Assembly (NCBI GenBank): GCA_002104905.1 | Contig: MCFE01000478.1 | Span: forward strand, 4,399-68,398 | Direction of reading: 5' to 3' | DNA: 64,000 nucleotides | From: Basidiobolus meristosporus CBS 931.73 | Lineage: Eukaryota; Fungi; Basidiobolomycota | Part shown: positions 13,663 to 24,680 of the stretch, in pieces | Numbering within the stretch: the first letter of the stretch is position 1 | How the letters are laid out: each line of letters opens with the position of its first letter | Made by a program: the position numbers and the translations under genes | The notes under the pieces: model-generated | Told to the model about the DNA's origin: nothing | The model's input: only the letters and a program-made list of their open reading frames with translations | Databases searched by the model: none

Positions 13663-14500
13663 GATTTATTCACACGATCTTTGCAAAGATTATCAGCTAC
13701 CTGGTACCTTGGGCAGTTGCTAATAAGCTGTAAAATAGAAGTCCATCCGAAAGCATACTCAGAGAATCCATTGTAATGATAAGGTCATTTCAGTTTGCTC
13801 TCAATTCTTTGCTAGTGTAACCGGATTTCAAAGAGTGTACATACATGTTCCCCAATTCTGCATCCACTGCTTCGTTTGACTATCTTGCGTCCCGTGCAAT
13901 AAATCGATTGAGCTTGAGCATCTACCTATTAATATAAAAGGAAGTAAGAAATCTGACTCTTGAGGAAAATTTATATGGCCGCAAGAGGCAGGGGATCAGT
14001 AATGGCCCATCCCCAGCCAATTGCAGAGCCGCCCAAATTAGAATTTACCCATGTCCACGTGATACGATCCATAAACAGAACTTCCCATTCACCATCCCTC
14101 ATTGTTTGTCATCCAGGATAACAACAAAACAGCCCCTTGATACGATTACCAATGGCTCATTATGAGTTTGTCAGTCTACCAATGCAGGCCCAATGCCACA
14201 TTTAAGCGCAACGTTACCCTTCACCCAAATTGGTCCTCCTTTTCTCAACGTGATCAAGAAAATGGGTGTCCGAGTGACTAATTTGGATGGTTCGGTTCAT
14301 GCTTGTGACACGCTTGGGGTGTTTGCCTTAGGTGTATGCCATGATCCTCTCAGCAATATAAATGGACTAGATCATTATACGTGTTCTCATACGTAGCTAC
14401 TGCTGATTCCCTTCTGATTTCCAGGTGAGATCGCTTGATGTGGCTCCATTGCGGCCTTTTCATTTCTTACCTTTGTAGTTGACATAGTGCCAGTACCATA

Positions 14501-16118
14501 ATGTCTCGTTTTCTCCGAAAGACATTCACGACCGGCTCGAGTCTAGCTCGTTTGGTACTAAGCCATGTGTTTATGAGTCTGGGTTTTGCTTGCTGAATCT
14601 TTTTATTTCGTGTAGTCGCAGCAAATCCGCTACCAAAGCATTGCTTCGGCCACTCACCAAGTAAGGCCATTTTCCGTTAGTCGTAAAAATTAGAAACCCT
14701 GCTGACAAGTCCTCTTTCTAGTCTGGCCCTTCCAAGGTCACGCATCCGGACGCTGACAACAACCCCAAAACCCTTGAGATACTGGCTGAGAGCGACAAAT
14801 ACATCCTCAACACCTACAGCAAGCCCTCGTTGGTCTTTACACACGGAAAAGGTTGCTACCTTTATGACCAGAGTAATCGTCGTTACTTGGACTTTTGCGC
14901 CGGAATTGCTGTGAATGCACTGGGTCATGCTGACGAAGAAATGACCCAGGTGCTTGCTGAACAAGCTTCGCAGTTGGTGCATCTTTCGAATCTTTTCCAT
15001 CACCAATGGAGTGGTGAGCTTGCTAAGGCTTTAGTGGAATCCACCAAAGCTTCAAGCGCTTTCCAAGCCAGTAAGGTGTTTTTGGCCAACTCAGGCACTG
15101 AGGCCAACGAAGGGGCCTTGAAGTTCATGCGCAAATGGGGGAAAATCATTTCTGATAAGGATGACAAGTTTGAAATAGTGTCTTGCTCCAACGGTTTCCA
15201 TGGTAGATCCATGGGTGCCTTGAGTTGCACACCCAATCCCAAGTATCAGAAACCATTCCTTCCATTGGTACCCGGGGTGAAGCACATTGATTTCAATGAT
15301 GTTGAGAGCATTAAAGCCAATATTACCGAGAAGACGTGTGGAGTTATCGTTGAGCCAGTTCAGGGTGAGGGTGGTATTTTCCCGGCCAAGGTTGAGTTCT
15401 TGCGTGCTATGCGAAAGCGTTGCGATGAAGTCGGTGCTTTGTTAGTTTTCGATGAGATCCAGGTAAGCTACCATCTCTGATCCTCGCCACCCACTGATCT
15501 CTAAAAGCGACTTTTGTTTAGTGCGGTCTTGGCAGAACCGGTAAATTGTGGGCTTTCGAGAACTTCCCGTCTGATGTCGTTCCAGATATCCTGACCTTGG
15601 CTAAGCCCTTGGCCAATGGCTTCCCCATTGGCGCTATTCTCATGAACGACAAAGTAGCAGACAAGATCAAGATAGGTAAGGGGATCACGTGCACATGCTG
15701 TTCATTCCCATGCTCACCACCAAGCATATTCACAGGCGATCATGGAACCACATTTGGAGGAAACCCCTTGGGTTGCCGTGTAGCATTGTCGGTATTCAAC
15801 CGCATTAGTCGCCCAGAGTTCCTCGCCAATGTAAATGAGACCGGAGCTCACTTGAAACAAGGCCTTCGGAATATCACCAATGGCAATCCCTTGGTCAAGG
15901 AGGTTCGTGGATTGGGGCTTATTCTGGGTGTGGAGTTCACAGTTGATCCCACGCCAATCGTCAAGATGGCCAGAGAGCGCGGACTGATCGTGATCACTGC
16001 CAGCAACAACACTGTTCGCTTGGTGCCCCCGCTGATCCTCACGAAAGAGGAAGCGGATCAAGGCCTTGCTATTCTGAAAGACTGCTTTGAGGAGTTCAAA
16101 GCTCAAACCCCCGTTTGA
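14501..16118 (+). CDS. ARG8: Mitochondrial acetylornithine aminotransferase, intact copy
   Basis: Presequence-like MSRFLRKTFTTGSSLARL; YLDFCAGIAVNALGH, NSGTEANEGA, FHGRSMGALS, IVEPVQGEGG, LLVFDEIQ|CGLGRTG, DILTLAKPLANGFP, HGTTFGGNPL. Confidence 0.95.
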
Positions 16119-16270
16119 TTGAATCATCCTATTTCTCATGAGGCTTCCAATGTAGATAAAGCGATGTTTGGTAGATGTCAATTGTAATGAGTGAGGAAAT
16201 AAAATGAAATGCAGTTTAATATGCTGACCCAGCACTGGGTGACCCCCTAAATCTGATCGAACACAGCCAT

Positions 16271-16882
16271 CTATTCTATCCAAGATCTGGAGTACCTGAA
16301 GTTGTCAGTTGATGCGGTGGTGATGGATTCTGGGATTTGCAAGCTCTCGCCAGCAGTGGCGTACGAGAGGTGCTGCTTAGATTCTCGCTTACTGCTCGCT
16401 ATCTGCTGTTTGTCATGTCGCCACGACATGTAATTGTAGACTTGCGAGACGATTGCGTAAATCACGCCTATGCAGTTTGAAAGGACGGCCAAAAATGGGA
16501 TGATTTTAAAGAACCCATTGAACGTCTTGTAAATCACCTTCAGAAGCAAGTCGGGTTAGAAATGGTGTGCAAGGTGTACGAACTCTGCGGCCGGTTACCT
16601 GAATTACCAGCTGTGGTATATCCTCAATCAAGATTCCCACACCTACGCATATCAGGATGTGATACCTGACTCGTGGTGAGAATGGCGCATTCAAGCTGCG
16701 GAGGTTACAGAAATTTGACGAAAGAATGAATATGAGGGCTGGATTGGTTGCCGCCAGGATAGTCACCGACGATGTTAGCAGCGTATGATTAGAGAACCAC
16801 TCGTGGAAGAGAGGATTCCTGGCCACTTCCTTGACGATGATATATGTAGAAGAGAACATATTGAAGCAAAATGGATTCACAA
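16271..16882 (-). pseudogene. 5'-truncated duplicate (last ~2 exons) of the membrane-protein gene at 21685-24499
   Basis: Near-identical to 21685-22296; homology stops abruptly at 16882 with no upstream coding sequence. Confidence 0.9.
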
Positions 16883-17148
16883 GATACGCTAAAAGGCTGA
16901 TAAGGCATCTCTACGAAAGGAATAACAATTACTCGCTTTAGCCATCTCGTAACAATTGTCTCGTTCTTCCGTCGTGGAGAGCATTTAAATTATTTATTAT
17001 TTTTTCCATAATGATAATGGGAGAGGCCAAGTTATACGACTGGGCCGATCCGGTAGGCTCTTTTCCCCCATCTTTCGGATCCCTAATACAGGTGAGAGAG
17101 GTGGGTAGGGACTGAACTAGGCTGCATAGACTCCAACATGACTGACCC

Positions 17149-19704
17149 CTAGAATAGATGGGCATAGTTACGGTCATAATCCATCTTGATTTTACGGACG
17201 ATCACTTCTGGTATCTCTTCTACTTCTGCCTCTTCCTCTTCTGCTTCTTCTGCTTCCGCTTCCTCGTCAACAGGCATGGATAGGGAGCGGACTTGGACAT
17301 AATCTAGCTGCATCATAGGCTGAACGCGAGGGGTCTCTGCGATCTGGAAGATCTCCTCAAGTATCTCTTCGTATTGTCGATTCGTGTAGTCTGGGAATCG
17401 ACTTTCGAATTGACTAATGGTAGGCGGATCGTATTGACTTGTCACAAACTTGCTTTTCAAGGCGTCGTATTTGTCTCTCTCGTCGTCTGTCAATCCTGCA
17501 ATGAACCAGTCGCGGGTTTCCTTGCTGAAGATGCAGTCGGTGATCTCATAGTAACGATTCGCGTTGTCCCCAGCCAGATCTGCGGCAAGGCGTAGGAAGA
17601 AAAGTCTTTGCTGCAAATCGTTCCAATCGTGCCTGAACTGAAGGACTTCAAGGTTGAATTGGCGGCCCATAGACATGTGTTTTCTACGCAAGATGTTGCG
17701 AACAGTTTTGATCGGCGTGATGTCAGGATTGTGGCACATTGCAACTGCCAGCGCGAGAGTATGAAACGCGTGATGAGACGCCCATTCAGCAGCGGCGGCA
17801 TGGTTGTTGGTTAGACCATCTGACCACTGCACCCCTACAGTTCGCTTTCCGACTTTGGCACCACTGCCGCCCATACCGGCGTCAAACGCATGGATTGGCT
17901 CTCCTTCCGTGGTCTGGAAATAACCACCTTTGCCGTATTCAGGCACGCCATCGATGATATTCTTGACAGCAGCACTGAGTGCGGGATCACGTTTGCGGTC
18001 GAATGTTTTGGGAGCGAGGAGAGCGTCGAACTTGGCATCATTAAAGGTGAACTTGTCATCTGAGAAGCCGATATCTCCAAAACCGCCTTCCACGTGTACG
18101 GCTATACCTGACGTGAACAACGCTGACATGATGTCCTGGATTGGCACTGGCGAGGCGTAGTTGAAAAAGAGCTGTTCAGACCAGCGTTTGAAAAAACTGG
18201 TGTTCGCGTCAGTGTCGTAGTTGGCGATGGAGCTGATCTCGGAGCAACTCGAGCTGAACATTGGCAAGCCGAGGCGTCCCGATCGAGAAAGCGGAGCCTC
18301 CAGAATAAGGTGCCTCTCGTGATCTTCAATATTGGACACGATGCCAGTGCCGATGGAAAATGCGGTATATCCTGCGCGTAGGAGACCGGTTTCCGTGGCA
18401 GCACTGTTGGGATATTGAAGGATGTCCTTGTGATACCTTTCCATATACTCTCGAACCGTGACCTGGCTGCCGTCACCCTTGACACGACTATTAACCTGAC
18501 TCGGTAGTTTTCTCAAGGTGCGTGCAATATGGGCCTCAAGGAACTCGTAGGCGATCGGGAGCCAGTTGGAATTGCGCTGCAGGCGCAGTGCATGCATATC
18601 ACGGGCGGAAAAGAACGAGCGTCCGCCACGCCAATTCGGGTCAAGAGCAGTGCGAGGCGGAGCCGGGCCGTTTTTCCCATGGCTAATGACAGTGATGAGG
18701 CCCTGATATTTCTCAGCATTGTGCTCTATGTACTTGATCGGATCGGTGGATATTTCGATATCTGGCAAGAAAGCAAGCAGTAGGGAAGCATAATCATAGA
18801 AGGAGAGACCCAAGCCGGTCAGGGCGATCTTTTTGTTGTTGTTTCTGATACGCCCATCTTCCAGAATTCCACGTCTTGTGAGGTATTCACGCATTGTTTT
18901 ATGGTTTGGAGTCGCGTGGTAGTAGGCCGTGGGGTTGACCTCGGGCTTCAGCGGAAGAGTCAAACGAGTACCATGGGCAAAGGAGACAAAGTCGAATTGC
19001 GCCGTCCTCTCGACACCTCCCGACTTGACCTTGATGCCCGGTTTCTGGGGATTCGTGTCAAAGTCGACACCAATCACCTCATGCGAGTAGAGGATATCAA
19101 TGACGATCTTGTCGGACATGTTATCTCGGATGTAGTCCAGTGCTTTTCTGATGTTCCGTCCCTGGATTTTGCCCCACTCGCCTCTGGTCATGCAAGCGAT
19201 AGAAGTGTTGGGCTCACCATGTTGGAAGGCATTCTTGAATAGGACGGCGGCAGGGGGATTGGTTTTTATGAGTTCCTCGAGAAGATCAGTGTATCGACCC
19301 TTCAACGAACCGTACATGGTACCAGGAAGATCTGCAATCTCCTTGAGCGTCTGAAACTCAGTGCTATTGACATTGCCAAGGAAGTTGGGGAGCTTGGTGA
19401 CCGGAGTGTTGACCGTGGCATCACAATCTTCCTGGAACGCATGGCCAAAGCCAGCAGTGTTTTCGCCCTGTTTTTCGAAGACGGTGTAGTGAAGCTTGAA
19501 GTTGACATGTCCCTTGATCTTGTCAAGTTTGTCTTGATAGGCAAGAATAACCATGGCCTGGTACATAAGGTAGAAAGCATGACGAGGCCCAAAACCTGAA
19601 AGGCCCCAGGTGATGGTGGTCACCTCGCTGTCACTAGGCGACTTGACGGGATCTAGAGGGGCCTGACCATTGATGGTGGAGCCGTTTGTAGCAGTAGAAT
19701 CCAT
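17149..19704 (-). CDS. Intronless 851-aa FAD/NAD(P)-binding oxidoreductase (NAD_binding_9 / CreE-FzmM-YdhS-like flavoprotein)
   Basis: GLSGFGPRH (GxGPR FAD Rossmann), YTVFEK, AGFGHAF..VNT, TRGEWG, FDFVSFAHG, second Rossmann IALTGLGLSFYD, PVPIQDIMSALFTSG; Glu-rich C-terminal tail. Confidence 0.8.
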   Translation of the reverse strand: MDSTATNGSTINGQAPLDPVKSPSDSEVTTITWGLSGFGPRHAFYLMYQAMVILAYQDKLDKIKGHVNFKLHYTVFEKQGENTAGFGHAFQEDCDATVNTPVTKLPNFLGNVNSTEFQTLKEIADLPGTMYGSLKGRYTDLLEELIKTNPPAAVLFKNAFQHGEPNTSIACMTRGEWGKIQGRNIRKALDYIRDNMSDKIVIDILYSHEVIGVDFDTNPQKPGIKVKSGGVERTAQFDFVSFAHGTRLTLPLKPEVNPTAYYHATPNHKTMREYLTRRGILEDGRIRNNNKKIALTGLGLSFYDYASLLLAFLPDIEISTDPIKYIEHNAEKYQGLITVISHGKNGPAPPRTALDPNWRGGRSFFSARDMHALRLQRNSNWLPIAYEFLEAHIARTLRKLPSQVNSRVKGDGSQVTVREYMERYHKDILQYPNSAATETGLLRAGYTAFSIGTGIVSNIEDHERHLILEAPLSRSGRLGLPMFSSSCSEISSIANYDTDANTSFFKRWSEQLFFNYASPVPIQDIMSALFTSGIAVHVEGGFGDIGFSDDKFTFNDAKFDALLAPKTFDRKRDPALSAAVKNIIDGVPEYGKGGYFQTTEGEPIHAFDAGMGGSGAKVGKRTVGVQWSDGLTNNHAAAAEWASHHAFHTLALAVAMCHNPDITPIKTVRNILRRKHMSMGRQFNLEVLQFRHDWNDLQQRLFFLRLAADLAGDNANRYYEITDCIFSKETRDWFIAGLTDDERDKYDALKSKFVTSQYDPPTISQFESRFPDYTNRQYEEILEEIFQIAETPRVQPMMQLDYVQVRSLSMPVDEEAEAEEAEEEEAEVEEIPEVIVRKIKMDYDRNYAHLF

Positions 19705-19763
19705 GTTGCTAGGGTGCGAGTGGCGGCGCTATAGGAGGTGAAGAGTGATTGAGAGATGTTCGC

Positions 19764-19790
19764 TTCAGCCACTTTTATACCTTGGCTGAA
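19764..19790 (-). promoter_or_regulatory. TATA box (TATAAAAG, minus strand) in the loop of an 8-bp inverted repeat upstream of the flavoprotein gene
   Basis: TTCAGCCA-cttttatacct-TGGCTGAA; TATA about 70 bp upstream of the ATG at 19704. Confidence 0.55.
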
Positions 19791-19829
19791 CGAGAGTGGG
19801 GCTACAGCAGACGAGCTTACAGTGAGGTT

Positions 19830-22296
19830 CAGGGGATCAGTTATGCAGAGCCACCCAAGTTAGAATTTACCCAGGTCCAAGTAATGTAGTCCATAAACAG
19901 CATTTCCTATTCACCATCCCTCATGGTTGTGTCATCCGGGGTAACAACCAAATTGCCCCTTGATACGATTGCCAATTGCTTATTATGAGTTTGTCAGTCT
20001 AAGCGCAACGTTACCCTTCACCCAAATTGGCCCTCCTTTTCTCAACGTGATCAAGAAAGTGGGTGGCTGACTAATTTGGATGGCTCAATTCATGCTTGTG
20101 ACAGGTGTTTGCCTTAGGTGTATGCCATGATCCTCTCAGCAATATAAATGGACTAGATCATTATACGTGTTCTCATACGTAGCTACTGCTGATTCCCTTC
20201 TGATTTCCAGGTGAGATCGCTTGATGTGGCTCCATTGCGGCCTTTTCATTTCTTACCTTTGTAGTTGACATAGTGCCAGTACCATAATGTCTCGTTTTCT
20301 CCGAAAGACATTCACGCCCGGCTCGAGTCTAGCTCGTTTGGTACTAAGCCATGTGTTTATGAGTCTGGGTTTTGCTTGCTGAATCCTTTTATTTCGTGTA
20401 GTCGCAGCAAATCCGCTACCAAAGCATTGCTTCGGCCACTCACCAAGTAAGGCCACTTTCCGTTAGTCGTAAAAATTAGAAACCCTGCTGACAAGTCCTC
20501 TTTCTAGTCTGGCCCTTCCAAGGTCACGCATCCGGATGCTGACAACAACCCCAAAACCCTTGAGATACTGGCTGAGAGCGACAAATACATCCTCAACACC
20601 TACAGCAAGCCCTCGTTGGTCTTTACACACGGAAAAGGTTGCTACCTTTATGACCAGAGTAATCGTCGTTACTTGGACTTTTGCGCCGGAATTGCTGTGA
20701 ATGCACTGGGTCATGCTGACGAAGAAATGACCCAGGTGCTTGCTGAACAAGCTTCGCAGTTGGTGCATCTTTCGAATCTTTTCCATCACCAATGGAGTGG
20801 GGGAGTTGATTTCTTGCGTGCTATGCGAAAGCGTTGCGATGAAGTCGGTGCTTTGTTAGTTTTCGATGAGATCTAGGTAAGCTACCATCTCTGATCCTCG
20901 CCACCCACTGATCTCTAAAAGCGACTTTTGTTTAGTGCGGTCTTGGCAGAACCGGTAAATTGTGGGCTTTCGAGAACTTCCCATCTGATGTCGTTCCAGA
21001 TATCCTGACCTTGGCTAAGCCCTTGGCCAATGGCTTCCCCATTGGCGCTATTCTCATGAACGACAAAGTAGCAGACAAGATCAAGATAGGTAAGGGGATC
21101 ACGTGCACATGCTGTTCATTCCCATGCTCACCACCAAGCATATTCACAGGCGATCATGGAACCACATTTGGAGGAAACCCCTTGGGTTGCCGTGTAGCAT
21201 TGTCGGTATTCAACCGCATTAGTCGCCCAGAGTTCCTCGCCAATGTAAATGAGACCGGAGCTCACTTGAAACAAGGCCTTCGGAATATCACCAATGGCAA
21301 TCCCTTGGTCAAGGAGGTTCGTGGATTGGGGCTTATTCTGGGTGTGGAGTTCACAGTTGATCCCACGCCAATCGTCAAGATGGCCAGAGAGCGCGGACTG
21401 ATCGTGATCACTGCCAGCAACAACACTGTTCGCTTGGTGCCCCCGCTGATCCTCACGAAAGAGGAAGCGGATCAAGGCCTTGCTATTCTGAAAGACTGCT
21501 TTGAGGAGTTCAAAGCTCAAACCCCCGTTTGATTGAATCATCCTATTTCTCATGAGGCTTCCAATGTAGATAAAGCGATGTTTGGTAGATGTCAATTGTA
21601 ATGAGTGAGGAAATAAAATGAAATGCAGTTTAATATGCTGACCCAGCGCTGGGTGACCCCCTAAATCTGATCGAACACAGCCATCTATTCTATCCAAGAT
21701 CTGGAGTACCTGAAGTTGTCAGTTGATGCGGTGGTGATGGATTCTGGGATTTGCAAGCTCTCGCCAGCAGTGGCGTACGAGAGGTGCTGCTTAGATTCTC
21801 GCTTACTGCTCGCTATCTGCTGTTTGTCATGTCGCCACGACATGTAATTGTAGACTTGCGAGACGATTGCGTAAATCACGCCTATGCAGTTTGAAAGGAC
21901 GGCCAAAAATGGGATGATTTTAAAGAACCCATTGAACGTCTTGTAAATCACCTTCAGAAGCAAGTCGGGTTAGAAATGGTGTGCAAGGTGTACGAACTCT
22001 GCGGCCGGTTACCTGAATTACCAGCTGTGGTATATCCTCAATCAAGATTCCCACACCTACGCATATCAGGATGTGATACCTGACTCGTGGTGAGAATGGC
22101 GCATTCAAGCTGCGGAGGTTACAGAAATTTGACGAAAGAATGAATATGAGGGCTGGATTGGTTGCCGCCAGGATAGTCACCGACGATGTTAGCAGCGTAT
22201 GATTAGAGAACCACTCGTGGAAGAGAGGATTCCTGGCCACTTCCTTGACGATGATATATGTAGAAGAGAGCATATTGAAGCAAAATGGAATCACAA
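19830..22296. repeat. Segmental direct duplication, copy 2
   Basis: Matches 13989-16882; first ~280 bp diverged with indels, remainder ~99% identical apart from a 372-bp deletion. Confidence 0.95.
20287..21532 (+). pseudogene. ARG8: ARG8 pseudogene copy
   Basis: In-frame 372-bp deletion (HQWSG joined to GVDFLRAM) plus CAG>TAG stop at 20874-20876 immediately before the intron donor. Confidence 0.93.
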
Positions 22297-24499
22297 AGAA
22301 TATCACTGAAGGGGCGCGTAATGAGCGAATATCCCCACTGTTCAACAAAACGAAGAGTAAGTCGGTACAGAAATCGAAGACTGAGATGAATATGACAAAT
22401 ACAACAGCGTTGTCACTTGAGGGGTATTTTCTTCGAAGAAATGCAAACGCAGCAATTAGAACCACCACCACAACGCCTAATAGGATGAATTTGACCTTGT
22501 TACTTCGAAACAAATCTTCTTCCACGGTCACTCCAAATTCACTGTTCAATGTTTGCGTGTACTGTCCTTTGGACAAAGGACTACGAGCTTTCGTTCTAAT
22601 CATTTCCTGAAAATCGTTCACGATGGCAGTGGCTGTCCGATTTTGAGATGCCGCTATTTTTGTAATCGTGATCTGATATATATCGCCAGCATTATCCTGT
22701 CGTAGGAAACTTGCGCTTATTCGGTTGGCCTCCACTGGCAAGGCCTCAGTTAGCTCTCTGGTCAGATTATTGGCAACTTCAGATCTCTCAATAGTATTGT
22801 TTAGATCTAAGGCTACTTGAACAGTAATATCGTCCTTTTCATCTTTCGACAGTTCAGCATTGGGAGTGGTAACTCGCCATTGATACGGTGATAGGCCCTC
22901 CAATGGTTCCGAGACAGCGCTTTGGAAAGTACCACCATCGATGGTAATGTAGTACTCTGTCCCAGGTAAATTCAAGGCATAGCCGTCTAGAGTGAAATTG
23001 AATGTGTCTCCCCGGATAGGCGTGTCAGAAGACACGGAGAGAACCTGCCGCGGATATTCAGGTCGATTTGCATCATAGACATAGATGTGTCCCAGAGAGG
23101 TGGAATAGTCGGATTGAATAAATGTCAGGGAAAACCGCTGTGTTGTGCTAATCTGAGCTACTCCACCTTGTATTGGGTATGTTGTCTTGATAATTGGATT
23201 GTTCCCATAATCTGACGCATTGAGAAACTTGGGTGGATTGTCAATTCGAGCTCTAAAGCCAGGAACTACGAAAAACCCGGCCCCAGAAGTTGAAGTATCG
23301 TATGTGAGAGATGCAACTGAGTTGTTAGGAAAGGACACCAGTCCGGTAGGGCCGAGAGTATTATTCTCGAACGGATAATAGGACCAGTAGCGATCGTAAA
23401 GTTGAACATAACTGGTGATCCCTTGATTATTACTTATCTTGTTGTCCGATAGTAACAACGCTCCCCCGTAGGGTAAAGATGCAGCCCTAGTGATTCCGAT
23501 CCCCCTCGACACTTGTATAGTAGAGTTTCCCAAGAGTGTAGGCAGGTCAAACTGAGAGCCAGTTGAGGAAAACACCGTGCTGTAGGTGTATCGAGTGATA
23601 TTGACGTTAGGATTATTGTCAGTTGGCTGAACAATATAGTCATATATACAGACATGCCCATCTCCAGCTTTCAGTAGACTGCATTTGTTGATTATCAGAT
23701 AGTCCGCTCTATTCACAACTTTTGTTTTCTCGGCTGTGGCGACAATAAAACTTCGAGATGTTTGGAACCCACCAGGGCTGGAGAGATAGTTTGCACGGAG
23801 TATATTATCTCCTGATGGGGATTTACAAGCCCAATTAATCATAAAAAAGCGATCTGGAGATGGGACCACTGAGATAGTCGGTTGAAAAGGAGCACTGGTG
23901 TTGTAGATGTTGTCCGCTATTCTCGTCATATTGACTACATTGCCATATAGATCGAAAAATATGCTTCCCACAAAAGGTGCAGTAAGATTTGCGCCCCTAC
24001 TTACACCTGCCAAAAGGATATGGTCTAAGCCTTTGGCCACGGAGAAGAGTTCGAAACCCCCATCCAATAATTTAGGCTCCCCGATCTTAGTCATTGTCTT
24101 GTCGTAGCGATCTACCATAACTCCAAATTTTGTTTTCACTAGCGGTAAGTAGAAATGCAGGAAGCCACCGTCCGGAGTAGGGACAAAGGCATTGTCTTCC
24201 GTAGAGAGAACCTTTGTCAAGTTCGCATTTTCATTGATTTTGTTACCGTCAAAGTCATACATCTCCAACAGGCCTGGGAGTAGGATTTTGTCCATTCTTT
24301 GGACGCGTCCTGCGTCATCCGTTAGGTTTTGAGTCAGGAAAGCCTGCTCACTGACGTATCTTGTGAAGTACCACAGTATCCTCTCCTGTGGAAGGACTGT
24401 GGCCTCATATTTTGGAATGAGATACTCTTGCGCGGTGATTGTAGACATAGACCCCAGGAATAAGCACCAAAAAGAAAGAATAAGCCGGCAACGAACCAT
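21685..24499 (-). CDS. Large signal-peptide membrane protein: ~650-aa ectodomain with an Ig-like (Big_5/SbsA-like) segment plus a multi-TM C-terminal module
   Basis: MVRCRLILSFWCLFLGSMSTITAQ; FSLTF..GHIYVYD..PGTEYYITIDGGTF; TM helices FILLGVVVVVLIAAFAFL, FDFCTDLLFV, IEDIPQLVIQ; one intron near the 3' end. Confidence 0.85.
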
Positions 24500-24680
24500 G
24501 CTATATACAAAAGATCGAATGAGTATATGCGCTGGAGTAGATGACACCCAGCTTTTATCAGAGGCCGTAGGCTAGAGTCAACAAAATTGGAATCTGATTT
24601 GCGCCCAGACGAAGCTAAGCCCTTAATTAACAATTAACAAGTATCATTGGAAGTTTATTTCTATATATTACAGAAGCCCA

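Larger units (their letters stand above)
13989..16882. repeat. Segmental direct duplication, copy 1 (ARG8 promoter + ARG8 + 3' end of membrane-protein gene)
   Basis: Matches 19830-22296 from CAGGGGATCAGT to GGA(T/A)TCACAA. Confidence 0.95.

Noticed and set aside
16883-19829. Insert as a Helitron, TIR transposon or Starship-like element
   Set aside because: No TC...CTRR ends, terminal inverted repeats, short TSD or recombinase/transposase ORF found
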